From the NCBI GenBank assembly GCA_047967505.1, contig CM106538.1: DNA of 64,000 bases; one strand, given 5' to 3'. The position numbers and the translations under genes were made by a program. Below are positions 23,870-35,703 of this stretch, one piece after another; positions within the stretch are counted from its first letter, which is position 1, and every line of letters begins with the position of its first letter. Source of the stretch: Dipteris shenzhenensis (Eukaryota). A model generated the notes under the pieces. That model searched no databases, was not told where the DNA came from, and worked only from the letters and a program-made list of their open reading frames with translations.

Positions 23870-24515
23870 CATTGTCACATGTATCAAAGATTTTGATACG
23901 ATCATCAATTCTTCTTATGCATAGCTTGCTAATCGGAACATGTAAGAGGTAGTACTCCCATATCTAAGCACATTGAGAATCTTCGAGTATTGTAAGTTGT
24001 TTGGTAAAAAGAAGTAGCAAAATGAATTAGACTCTACTAAGGGCCAACTTCTAAGTAGGATTGGATAGGCTATGGACTTCATGGGTTACCTGACTTGCTC
24101 CTTACCAAATGCAATGAAACACAATGCGATTTGTGGTAGAATTGTTGGATTAGAGCTAGTAAATTGAACGTTTGCTTGAAGCATGTGCTTCTAACAGTAA
24201 GGGATGTTGTTAATCCAGATGCATGTTCCCGTTTTTGCCACCACTTTGAACAACTTCTTGTAGCCTATTTCTACTTCTTCCCTCTCAATTTCCTGTGTTC
24301 TACTTCTTTGTATCTTGATCCCATCACTTCCCTTCCATTAGCCCATGGGCTAACTTCAATCCCACCAATGACCTTGAGGCCAAGCCAACCTTAGGGCCTT
24401 CTTTGTTTTAGGCCCTTCGAGGGTCCTATAAAGCTATTTGTAGCTATGTTTTTTGCCCTCTCCACCCATCTTAGCATCTCTACTTGCCTTTTTTGCCTCA
24501 TGCTAACATTACTCT

Positions 24516-25170
24516 ATATTAAACCAACCCTTATTTCTACAAATATCTTCTCGACTTTAGCTTGATAAGTGTACGACAAAAGCATCGATTTTTATTGTGA
24601 CTCCAATAATAAGGGAGGGGTGTTGATGACACCTGTCTTCCCAACTAAAGTTGAAACTGGTTCTCACTATTTTGCTTGTTGGATGGTGGCAGGTACGGAG
24701 ACTCCCCTCTTTCATAAAAGTGATGCTGTCAATGACTTATCAAAGCTTCACTACTCACATTTTCTCTTTTGGAAAAAAATGTTCATCCTTTAATGATGCT
24801 ACTTCATTTTTTGTGATGTTTATTGCAAACTTTATCTAATAAACATTTCTCTTTCCTGCTCCAAATTTGTATACTCTTTACTATGGAAAGGGGTGTTGTA
24901 AATGTCTATTACACACACACTCTTTCATAAAAGTGATGCTGTCAATGACTTATCAAAGCTTCACTACTCACATTTTCTCTTTTGGAAAAAAATGTTCATC
25001 CTTTAATGATGCTACTTCATTTTTTGTGATGTTTATTGCAAAGTTTATCTAATAAACATTTCTCTTTCCTACTCCAAATTTGTATACTCTTCACTATGTA
25101 AAGGGGTGTTGTTTATAGATGGTTGCACATAGGACCTTTAAGTCATTAAGGCCGTTATTTGGCTTTTTCT
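24516..25170. repeat. Dispersed repeat (probable LTR-element end) with a 213-bp tandem duplication (24707-24919 / 24920-25111)
   Basis: Purine tract AAGGGAGGGG followed by TGTTG at 24631. Sub-segments are reverse-complement matches to 38285-38395, 39945-40000 and 40030-40158. Confidence 0.7.
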
Positions 25171-25172
25171 CG

Positions 25173-27934
25173 TGAACATGTCTAGGAAATGGTTTCCTTG
25201 CCTGTTTTCCAAATTGACAGGCTTCACATACCTTATGCATTTTTGCAACCTTGAATTTAGGCAATCTTGCAACAACATTTTGGGCCTGCATTGATTTAAG
25301 TCACTGTACATTAACATGACCAATGCGTTTATGCCAGATATCAATATCTATAACTACACCGGTCCCATGTGCAAACATTGCTGCACTCAATTCAGGCATG
25401 TCCGCATCCAATGTCAACATCCTACCCTTCTTTCCTTTTGCTATCAAGTGACCGTTATTTTTCATATCCTCAACAAAGCATCCATGAGGATTAAATTTGA
25501 CTTGCAAGCCCTGCTCAACCATTTGACTAACAGAAACCAGGTTCTTGGTGATATTTGAGACAAGAAATACATCAGATAGGTAATAGATGCAGCTTTAGTA
25601 GTCCACACATTAGAGTGGATTAGTTCCAATGGCTTCTTACTCTCTTGAACATGTTTAGGAAATGGTTTCCTTGCCTGTTTTCCAAATTGACAAGCTTCAC
25701 ATACCTTATGCATTTCTGCAACCTTGAATTTAGGAAATCCTGCAACAATATTTTGGGCCTGCATTGATTTAAGTCACTGTACATTAACATGACCAATGCA
25801 TTTATGCTAGATATCAATATCTGCAACTACACCGGTCCCATGTGCAAACATTGCTGCACTCAATTCAGGCATGTCCCATCCAATGTAAACATCCTGCCCT
25901 TCTTCTTTCCTTTTGCTATCAAGTGACCATTATTTTTCATATCCTCAACAAAGCATCCATGAGGATTAAATCTGACCTGCAATCCTTGCTCAACCATTTG
26001 ACCAATAGAAACCAAGTTCTTGGTGATATTCAGGACATGAAATACATCAGACAGGTATTTCTTTTTCCCATCTTGCATAGACAAAGGAATTTTACCAATC
26101 TGCGCAATAGGATGTGCAGTATCATCACTAGTCTCCACAAATCTTGGTCTTTCTATTTTCCTTGCATCCTGCATCCATTCTGCATGACCTGTCACGTGGT
26201 TTGATGCACCTGAGTCAATATACCACACATCATTGCTTTCTTCTGCACTTGTCACAGAATTGGTCATGTGCTGTACCATAAACAGATGCTCATTTCTGTC
26301 ATCACCCTGTCTACTAGAAGATGCATAATTCCCTTGCTACAATTTTCCATTCATGATGTCATTCTGCTTTTTGTAGTAGTCTTTAGCCATATGACCCATT
26401 TTACCACAGTAGTAGCATTCAACATTGCTGTTTGCATTTTGGCCTCTCTGCCATCCACCATGACCTCTTTGGCTTCCCCTGCCTCTAGAGTTACCACGTC
26501 CTCTTCCATAGGACTGGTTTTCTCGAGTTTGTTGCATATTCTGATTTCTACCACGGCCTCTAGATCGGCCTACTCTACCTCTACCCCTACCTCTTCCAGC
26601 ATTTGAGTAGAAGACAGTTTCTTTTAAAGTTCCTCCTGAATAAGATGCACCACCATTTCTCTACTCTTCAGAAATTAGAAGAGCAGACAACTCCTCAAAA
26701 TTAGGAAATTTTTCACGGACGGCAATGGATGTCTGGAACTGTGCATAATCCTTTCCTAGACCATTCAAGGTCACAGAAACTAAATCATCATCTTCCACTG
26801 GCAACCCAATGGAAGCAAGTGCATCTGCAATTTTCTTCACCTTCATGTGGTAGTCATTGATGCTCATATTTTCTCTCTGCACATTGTGCAACTCCTGCTT
26901 GAGTTACATTTTCCTGGCTTGCGTATTTGTGCTGTACATTTTTGCCAAAGTATCCTATGCCTCCTTTGGCGTACTTGCATCCTGAATATGCACAATCATA
27001 GAATGTGAAATACTTATAGATAGCCAGTACATAACTTTTCTGGCTCTCTCATGCCATCCTTTAAATGCCTGCATTTCCTGTCGATTGGGAACATTAGGAA
27101 GAACTGGTTCTTCTTCATTTCCTGTAATGAACTCCCAATAGCCTTTTCCCATAAGGAAATTCATCATTCTAAACTTCCATGCTTGGAAGTTGTTCTTGTC
27201 AAGCTTTTCAGTGACAATCTATGAAAGAGAATCAAACGCCATTATAGAACACTGCAAAATATTCTGTCATTGCAAAAAACATAGCTTCTGCCTCACAAGG
27301 GCAAATCTACAAAACTGACAAAAGTGGTATTTGACCACACAATCACTTCCTAGTGATGATTTTGCATCAACAGGCAATAAGGATGATTCTGTAACTCCCA
27401 ATATCTCTGCGCACAGGCATACGATGCAATTTCTATGACAACTTTTCATCGACCTGCAAAGCAGTGTTTGCATAGCAAAAATAGGGCCTTTTTCTGAGTG
27501 CTTGCTGAGAACTTTCGCCTCCAAAACGAGTCCCGAAATGGCCTCGAATCAGAAAAATAAAGTCACTAAGCGCTTTTCCTGCTCCCGCAACATATACTGC
27601 CCTCTCGTCACACCGCAAAGGGCGTCTCAATTTGAGACAATGCACTCTTGCACTTTCCGGCTGTGCTACCTGCAGAGATTTGCTCCCAACCTCGAAAAAG
27701 GAAAGCAACACTGGTCCTCTTACTAGGACACTGCGAACTTGGTGTGCTTTCTTGAGCTCCTTACCACGAACCAGGCTCTGATACCATGTGAAGATAGTGG
27801 GAGGGAAGGAAGGAGTCTCACTTGCGGCTTTCTCACATACACAATGGGGGAATACACATAAAGGTGGAGGCTGAAAACAGTTTTCCTCTTCTTACTTGTG
27901 AAAGCCAAAAGAACTCTAGTACAAAGAAATAGAA
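25173..27934 (-). mobile_element. Truncated Ty1/copia family A copy (partial LTR 27787-27934, PBS, gag, protease, duplicated pre-integrase region)
   Basis: PBS gctctgatacca at 27775-27786 and LTR sequence matching 17709ff; zinc knuckle CYYCGKMGHMAKDY; WYIDSGASNHV. 25173-25580 repeats ~25646-26055. Confidence 0.9.
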
Positions 27935-27935
27935 G

Positions 27936-28128
27936 GTTAGGCTGGCCTTCCAAAGGGTCAATGGATGCAAATGGCAATCTCAACTCAAAGAAATGCACCA
28001 TTGGAGCCACTTAAGGGAGGTTACTGGGACATATTGTCTCATCCGAGGGTGTCAAGCCTGACCCCAAGAAGATAGAAGCCATCCTCAAGCTCTCCCCACC
28101 AACAAACAAACGTCAGGTATGCTCATTT
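27936..28128 (+). mobile_element. Ty3/gypsy RT C-terminal fragment (inverted relative to the adjacent pol)
   Basis: NLNSKKC...LLGHIVSSEGVKPDPKKIEAILKLSPPTNKRQV. Confidence 0.85.
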
Positions 28129-28129
28129 G

Positions 28130-30400
28130 TCAATCTAGTAGGATACTATCACCGCTGGCAATTCTGATTTGATAAAACCCAGAGTAACCATCACAGAAAG
28201 TATACATCTCATGACCACTTACCTTCTCAAGAATGAGGTCTTGAAAGGGAAGAGGCTGATGGTCCCTCTTGGTGGGTGCATTGAGTTTCTTATAGTCGAT
28301 GCAGTCTCGCCACTTGTTTTTATTTGGGGTGACTACCATTGGTGAAACCCATTCAGTATTGTGGACCGGAACAATAAACCCAGATTCTACAAGCTTCTAC
28401 AACTCTGAGCACAAAGCATTAGTCTGTAGGGGCCTACTCTCCGATACTTCTGAGCCACAGGCTTCGCATCAGGCTTCAACTCTATCTTGTGCTCTATGGC
28501 AGTAACATGGCAAAGGTGGTGGTAGCTAGTTGCAAAGAGGTATGGGAAATCTTTGAACATTTCTAGGAACTCATCTTTCTCACTTGGAGTGAGGTCTAGG
28601 GAAAGCATAGATTCAAGCTGTTGAGGACTAGCTATTACCTTTTCTGCAAGTGGCGGGGTCGGAGACACCCCCATCATGTAAACTTCCTCCTCTGAGAACT
28701 CCTCCCCCCCTTCTGATTCTTCCATTGATTTAGACACCGAGGATGAGAGAGTATCACTGTCTTGCTCCTCTTCTTCATCTGGTTTCGTGGCACCTGGTTG
28801 CACTGAGATCTTCTCCTTAGAAGCACCAAAAGACATGTGTCCTATCTTCCAATAACTGACTGCATCACTCTTTCTCAACCATGGTCTCCCGAGTATGGCT
28901 GGGTAACTCCTACCTGTATCTTCAATGTCCACTACATAGAAATTGATGGTGGTGGTCAACCCATTGACAGTGATAGGCAAATACTCAATGACTCCTAGGG
29001 TGGCAAGTCGTCGACCATCTGCTACCTTGATTTGAGTGGAGGAACGCCTTGTACATTTCAAATTCAATTTCTTCATGATTCGGGGCACCATGATATTACA
29101 TGCAGCTCCCCCATCAATACACACATTTTTGACATGGCAATTATCTATGATGACATCGACTGTATGTGGGTGCCGATCAATTTCTTCAGAGATAGAAGGT
29201 ACCTCTCTTACCTTTCCCTTTTTCTTGTTCCTCCTTGTTGAGAGCCCTTGTTGTAGCTCACGTTTCACCTTAGGGCTTAATGCTATTAGTTGAGGGAGCG
29301 TGATGCTCAAAGAACGATGAGCAAGATCTTGAACGACTGAATAGTCTTCTTGCCCCGAGCCGATTGGAAAATCCGAGGGCAACCACTTACTCCTACGAGA
29401 TCTTTTAGTCTTCTCTATTGGTGGGTCTGCCATCTCAACATCTGAGGGCTTTGAGAAGGACACCTTCTTCCTGGGGTGGCTTGGGGTCCACGGTTTGGAG
29501 AGGGTTCCAAGGTGGTATGACTTCTTTTCCCGAGGTCAAGGATCTCTACATCAGAATCCTCAGTGCCAGATTCACTTAGAAAATTCACCCTTGGAATATT
29601 GGGACATTTCGTGCGATAATGACCTTTTTGGTGGCACTCCTAGCATACAACATTAGCTCGATCTCTTGGAGGGCGGTTGGCTTGATTTCTGATGCCCACC
29701 ATCTCAAGCCGAAGATCATTCAAGGCCTTGGCTAGGTCATTGACTCGGGGTTCTTTTGTAGGAGGGGCCTCTTTAGCTAGAGGGGCTAAGGGAGTAGAAA
29801 GGAGGGGGGCTCGTGGGCGAGGCTAGGGAAATCTTCGAGGCGGAGGGTGAGAATATACACCTTGTTGAGGGTAAGCATCTAAGGGAGGACCATACATTTG
29901 AGGTGGAGGTGGTGGATACATTTTCTGATCATGGGTGGGGTATGCCCCTGAGTTAGACCCCCCAAGTTGTTGTTGCAAGAATCAAGGGGGTTGTAGAGGG
30001 ACAATCGTCTTCTTTGAAGTGGGATTAGATTGAACTTTATCAAACTTTTGAGCAATCTCATTTGCTAGCACCATAGTTTCTGGATTCTCCCATTTAAGCT
30101 TGAGGCAGAATTCGTCACTTGCTCCTACTACAAGGTAGCCCAACACATGCTAAGTCATTCCAACTCAAAATCCGGCATTGTCCTCCTGTGTAGCAATTAA
30201 ATGGTCCAGGAGCATGGCCGCTCGATCCACATATCGATGCGCTGTCTCACCTTCTAACTGCTTCAAGTTTGCCACCTGTAGGTACAAATTCTCCGGCTCC
30301 TTTTTTTTGTCGAAATACTCAATCATTGCTGCTGTCAACCTTGGGCAGCTTTGGCGAACATCTTTGGCCTACTTCTCATACCGCACTTGAGCCAAACCCT
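28130..30400 (-). mobile_element. Ty3/gypsy (Athila/Tat-like non-chromovirus) gag-protease-RT fragment
   Basis: Zinc knuckle C*ECHQKGHYRTKC (~29610-29650); protease CIDGGAACNIM and ILGRPWL; RT WVSPMVV...DYKKLN...DHQPLPFQDLILEKVSGHEMYTFCDGYSGFYQI. Confidence 0.9.
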
Positions 30401-30409
30401 CTAGAAATG

Positions 30410-31680
30410 TGGGAAGAACCAATAGCCATCTGCCTTTAGTAAGAAAGTTGAGAGAATCACAACGGCACTTGAAGGCCACAAGATACTATCCACAAAACAC
30501 GGGAATGTTAGCATGCTTGGAAAATGGAAAAGAGAGAGACAAAATGAGGCTGATCTATGGGCAAACAATGGAAAGAGGTAGCTTGAACTGAAAATCAAGT
30601 GAAGATACATCCACAAAGCACACATAGGCAGGGTAGGGTGTGAGTGGTGTATTGTGAAATACTACACGGGAAGAATTTTCAGCATAGAATAGCTCATAGA
30701 CAATCTTAAAAGGACCAACCCTCATGATATCGCAGCCATCTTTACAAGCGAGGGTTAGAGACATGACGCTGCATGAGGTTTTCATCAAGGCAAACAAGAA
30801 TGCCATGACAAATATCAACAGTTGGAGAGCTTGCATATCACCTTTAGCTTCTTCTAGTTCTTGTAGTCGCCATGCTATTTCTTCAACAGGTGTGCGGTCT
30901 GGCATCCTTCTTTTGAGCAATGTCCTTAAGGACCTCTCTGATGATCTTCCGAAGTCGGTAAACTTGTATCAAGTATGCCCAACACTTAGTTTCATGATGA
31001 CCACAACCTTTGCATTCCTTACAAATGATCACCCTCCTTCATGGCTTGCAGCTTTGTTGGGGTGGTGCTTCCATCAACTCATCCAACTCACTCCTAGATG
31101 ATCCCTCTACCACCAAATGCATATGAAAACCAATGTGAATCGCACATCTACTCACTGGATGCTCCATGGTGTCTCTTGGAAGACATATGTACAATTTGCA
31201 AGGACAGCTGGCAATGCAAAGTGGACTAGTCTTGCAATGATAGCATTTGAGAGTACCACCTGTGACTTGGTGGATCTCTAGAATCTTTATTAATCGTCCC
31301 TTCCAATGACTCTCATTTCTAACACCTGATCTCAGAAAGAAAGGACACACCTTACTATCACATTACAATTGACTTGCACATTTCCTCAATCTAACTGACC
31401 CATTGAAGCTAGCAATATTTGTTGTAACATCCTCACTCCAGACATGACCATCAAACTTGTTTTCCAATCCTACTGTCTTTTGCTCCTGGAATGTTGGAGG
31501 CAGCTCGGACAGAATATTTCCATCATATGACTTAGGTAGCTCCTTGACAAATTTAATTGAAGAGACCATTTGTAAAGAAATAAAAAGAGAATTAGAAGGT
31601 GGCAATTTACATAACAAGTCAACGACACTGTGGAATCTCCATCAGAAAGATTTTGAACAAGGATAAATGCTCTTCCTTTT
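30410..31680 (-). pseudogene. Decayed WRKY/GCM-like Cys/His zinc-finger ORF, probably transposase-associated
   Basis: DGHVWSEDVTTN...RLRKCASQL*CDSKVCPF...CYHC...CPCKLY...RCAIHIGFHMH, i.e. a DG.W...C...C...HxGxHxH layout. Contains stops. Family assignment is from pattern only. Confidence 0.5.
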
Positions 31681-34499
31681 ACAAAATAAGCTTCAAAATC
31701 TATGAAAGCAATTGCAGTAGACTATAGAAGTCAGGAAGTATCTACCGTTCGATGCCCCATAAATAATGCCGAAAAAGGAAGGGAAAGTTTTTGAAGGTGG
31801 AGATACCTCACATGCCAGGGAAGTTCAATGGTGCCAAAGCAAAAGAACAAGAATGGCCGCAGCTCACAAAAGTAAGTGGTCGAGGTAGTATTGAATGTGA
31901 AACATGCACCTCAAATGCTATGTGGAGCTACCCAAAAAAAAATGATGGTTGAAGTTAAACATGGAGGCAGGTGCAAACAGAGCTATGAAACTTGGAGGCA
32001 AGTGCTAGAGTAGTGATTCAGTATGATGACAATTCTTAAATTGCATGGCACTCATGAAAGGTGTTGGTATAGTTATAAATGCCATGAAAGGTGGTGGAGT
32101 AGTGATATAGTAACGTGATCTTGAAAAGTGTGTGCCACCAATGAAAGGATGGGGTATACTTTTAAATGCATGTATTCTTCTAAATTTTAAAGGGGTGATT
32201 GAAAAACATATTATAATGCATGTCTTGCAAAAGATAGATGACAATGTGAAAGATTGATCACATACAACTGCATAACTACTAAGGAATATTTATCTAATGA
32301 TGTAGAAAATGTTATTTTTAAATCTATTAACTTTGCATTTAAGTAAAATTGACTCAAAACTTAGTGTATGCCTTGCGTTGTCTTTGTTTAAATATTATAT
32401 TTTGATATCATAAATGTTTTATTTCAAATTATGAAAAAAAAATATGAAATTCATTTGCATTGATAATTAATCCAAGCCAATTGTAAAATTTGGTATAAAT
32501 CATTTTTCAGAGTGAGGAAGATAACATTCCAATGATGCATGTGACTACAATGTCCATGCTCGAGCACTGGATTTGAAACCATCAACCTCGAGAAATGCCC
32601 ATTTTTGTACATATGATGGAGTGGACATGCATTTACTCGACCTCTACCATTCGATATCTTCATGCCAAAGCTACGACAAGTGGTCTTCTACTACAATAAA
32701 CGGTCTCTAAGCACAGCTCTGCTACAGGTTTGGGTCCAGGTTTTCTAGCACTCTCATCAAACTCTAGTCATCCATTTTATGAGCAAAATTAGCCATCCCC
32801 AAGCTGTTTGCACTATCCACAAACAATGTTGTGTGTAAGAGGCATTGGAGGAGGAGCCTCTACTCACCCTCTCTGGCCTACCATTGACGGTCCTCTCACA
32901 GGCTCGTAACTTTTTCTACACTAGCTTCTTGCTACTTCCTTGGCTTTGGTTCATCAATTGCTTCTACTTTTGGCCCGTGCTTTAGATCTTGTCCTCAGAT
33001 CTTGTAAGCTCACTTCCGCTTTGCTTCATGAAAGAGTGCCAAGTAGAGTTGAGGAGGTTGGAGCTTCTAGATTGCCTCCTTGCTCTGCTACTGCTGTTAG
33101 TCTTGCTGCTGCCGGGGTGTAAAAAGGAAGGTAGGTCGCAAGCCAGGCATTTAACATGGCATCATAACCAAGTGCTTGAAGACAGCCGGAAGTTGTAAGG
33201 CAGGTAGGTTGCAGAGGCCATCGTAATCCACAAAATCGAGAAAGAGATATGGGAATTCTTGCTTTCAACTACAAACTATTCTTGCTTTCAAAAGCTCCCT
33301 GTTCTTGCTTAAGTCATGGCTTCCAAACAAATTATGGACAAATATTTGACAATTCTCAGCAAGGAGTTCACGATTAATCCTCGTTGCTAACTTTGTTCCA
33401 TACCTTTTCTAATAGAGCTTCTTCTCATGTGGTTCTCAGGGTGCAATGAACTTCTTCACTAGATCCATATTGCTCTCTTCTGTAGGCTGTGGTGAAAATG
33501 CACTCCAACTATAGCTCTTCTCCTTGCTGGTAATTTGAGCTGCTCCTTCTCCTCTGCTCAAGGTCGTCTAAAGTAAGCATGTAGGTGTCTCATAGCCCTC
33601 TCTTCGTTTCATGACCATATGAGCTTCACGTCTTAATTAAAATTTTTTGAAACCTTACTTTCTATCTTAGTCATAAGTGAGTGCTCCCTGTTCTTGCTTA
33701 AGTCGTTGCTACCAAGGCAGACTGTGGATTGACAATGAGAGCTATAGCAAAGGCATGATGATTCATAGAGAGACTACTATGAAAAGCTCATAACTAAGAG
33801 GGGAGGTGGGAAGCGCTTACAAAGAGAGGCTACTATGAAAAGTTCTAACTGTGAGAGGAGGGACAAAGAGCTTGAACACTGGGCTCTCTGCATCGTCTCC
33901 TTCCTTGTCATCATGTGAGTCATCTCGGCATTGTTTCTCTATGTTGAAGATTGGCTAGACAGGAATCAGGGTAATTTTTGAGTGCACATTCAACTAGGCT
34001 GACTACTTTTGTGGTATCGCAGAGCTTGGGGGTGTTTCTTTCAAGGTCTTCTGGCATATTCAGGCTTGCATTTTGGCTACTACTCTACAGCTTGGAAGAA
34101 GGCCGTGTTGAAATCTACTACCAGGAAGGTAAACGTGCATTTGCATTGTGGCCTCCAACAGCGGTCCGTAGCTCTATTAATCTGATGAAGTAGAATTGGA
34201 TTCTCTGAACGAGGACTTCCTTTTGATGTTTAGGCGGGTGGTGGGCTAATGGTGCTTGTGACCAGAGCAGCTGGTTTCAAAGAGCTTAAACGCAAGATGG
34301 CCCTATTCTGTTGGCGGAATAGGGGGAGATGCATGTCAAAATCCTTTAAGGAGTCACAGCATTCGCCAGTTCATTCAAGATGGCCCTATTTTGCCGGCGG
34401 AATAGGGGGAGATGCATGTCAAACTCCTTAGACAAAGACCTTTGCGGGATGCATTGGAGGAGAGGAATGTGTGGTGTGTACCAGAGGGTGATGCTTGTT

Positions 34500-34690
34500 A
34501 GTGAGAGTGAGGAGCGTTCAGTGGTGGTGGTGCTACTGCTATTGTTGCTATGACCAGAATCTAAGACCTTGAGCCATGACATCTCCCGAAGCCCACAAGA
34601 TGCCAAGGTGAGGATTTGGGTGCGGAGGGGCTTGGATGCAAGCTGAGCTTTGTACCACTCCCAAGCACCATGAAGAGCTGCTCCGACCAT
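34500..34690 (-). pseudogene. Mpv17/PMP22 (PXMP2/4) family N-terminal fragment, frameshifted
   Basis: MVGAALHGAWEWYKAQLASKPLRTQILT + frameshift + GILWASGDVMAQ matches the family N-terminus W.WY...L...P..TQ....G.LW..GD..AQ. A GA-microsatellite 5' UTR lies upstream. Confidence 0.8.
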
Positions 34691-34700
34691 GGCATGGGAG

Positions 34701-34703
<3 letters not shown>

Positions 34704-34755
<52 letters not shown>
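34704..34755. repeat. (CT)n microsatellite
   Basis: Direct reading of the sequence. Confidence 0.95.
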
Positions 34756-34759
<4 letters not shown>

Positions 34760-34850
34760 TGCAAATCACTCTAAGAGTGCATGTCAAACTCTTTTGCCTC
34801 AGCTCATCTAATAGGGCACTGCAACTTTCTGGCCCAGCCACAGTAGGAGG

Positions 34851-34955
34851 ATGGTTGGCTTGAGGAGCACCTCAAGTTGGCTCGCAAGTACACTTTGGAA
34901 GGGCAATATGATACCTCTATTATCTTTTCGATGGTGCCATTGTGTAGATCAACAA
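34851..34955 (+). pseudogene. KTN1: Katanin p60 catalytic subunit first-exon fragment (two 1-nt deletions and one stop)
   Basis: MVGL.EHLKLARKYTLEGQYDTSIIF.DGAIV*INK followed by donor AA|GTATG; closely matches the plant katanin p60 N-terminus GLQDHLKLAREYALEG.YDTS.IFFDGAIAQINK. Confidence 0.85.
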
Positions 34956-35703
34956 GTATGAAAATTCACGTTTTCCCCCCCTTTTCTCTTAGCTTCAACC
35001 AGTGTTTTGCTTGTTCATTTTTGAAAATCGCGGTTCAATTTTTCCATTTTCCCAAACTCTGAGAGTACATCATTATGATCCTCTACTCTACATATGTTGA
35101 GGGTATTGATGGGAGTTCGGTCATCCATCTCTTTTTGCAGTCATTTGATGTGTGCAAGCTTAGTCCACCGATCAATTCAAGCTTCTATCTCCCTTATTCC
35201 ACTACAACCAAGAAAGATGTGAAATGGCTGGAAGCTGATGAATCTCACAGGTTTAAGCATGTGTCAAAGTTAGTGAAGGGCCCCATGCCTTCCAGTGCAA
35301 TATATGGTAAACAATCAAATATAACACAGGAATGAACACAGTTGTCAGCAAATATGGGGAGAGAGACATTATAAGAAATGTTCATTTTCTCTCTTAATAG
35401 TTTATGCTGTCATTACAGCTTGTTGCTCCTTAGCTTAGTGATTGCTTCTTCCCACATTGTGAGTCTCTCTCTCCCCCTATTCCGCTAGCAGAATAGGGGA
35501 TTTGAATAGTGCCACTTGCCTCCTTCAAGGATGTTGCAAGTCGGTTGGTAAAAGGAATTTGGTCATGAAGAGTGAGCTACAGGCATTGGATTTTATTTGT
35601 TCATAGAGTTGGAGCCTTGGAGGTTGTCCTGGCCTTGGTTTGTTGAAGCCACTAGAGGCTTGTATGGATGCGCCTTTCTTGAAGATGGCCGACTACACGT
35701 TTC

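Larger units (their letters stand above)
34301..35499. mobile_element. Putative Pack-type non-autonomous DNA element bounded by ~29-bp self-complementary inverted repeats
   Basis: ccctattctgttggcggaatagggggaga (34301; second copy at 34384) versus reverse-oriented tctccccctattccgctagcagaataggg (35470-35498). Encloses two unrelated host-gene fragments. No TSD identified. Confidence 0.5.

Noticed and set aside
35075-35335. Possible further katanin sequence (SPPINSSF, VKWLEAD...RFK)
   Set aside because: Similarity is weak and the two words are in the reverse order relative to katanin.
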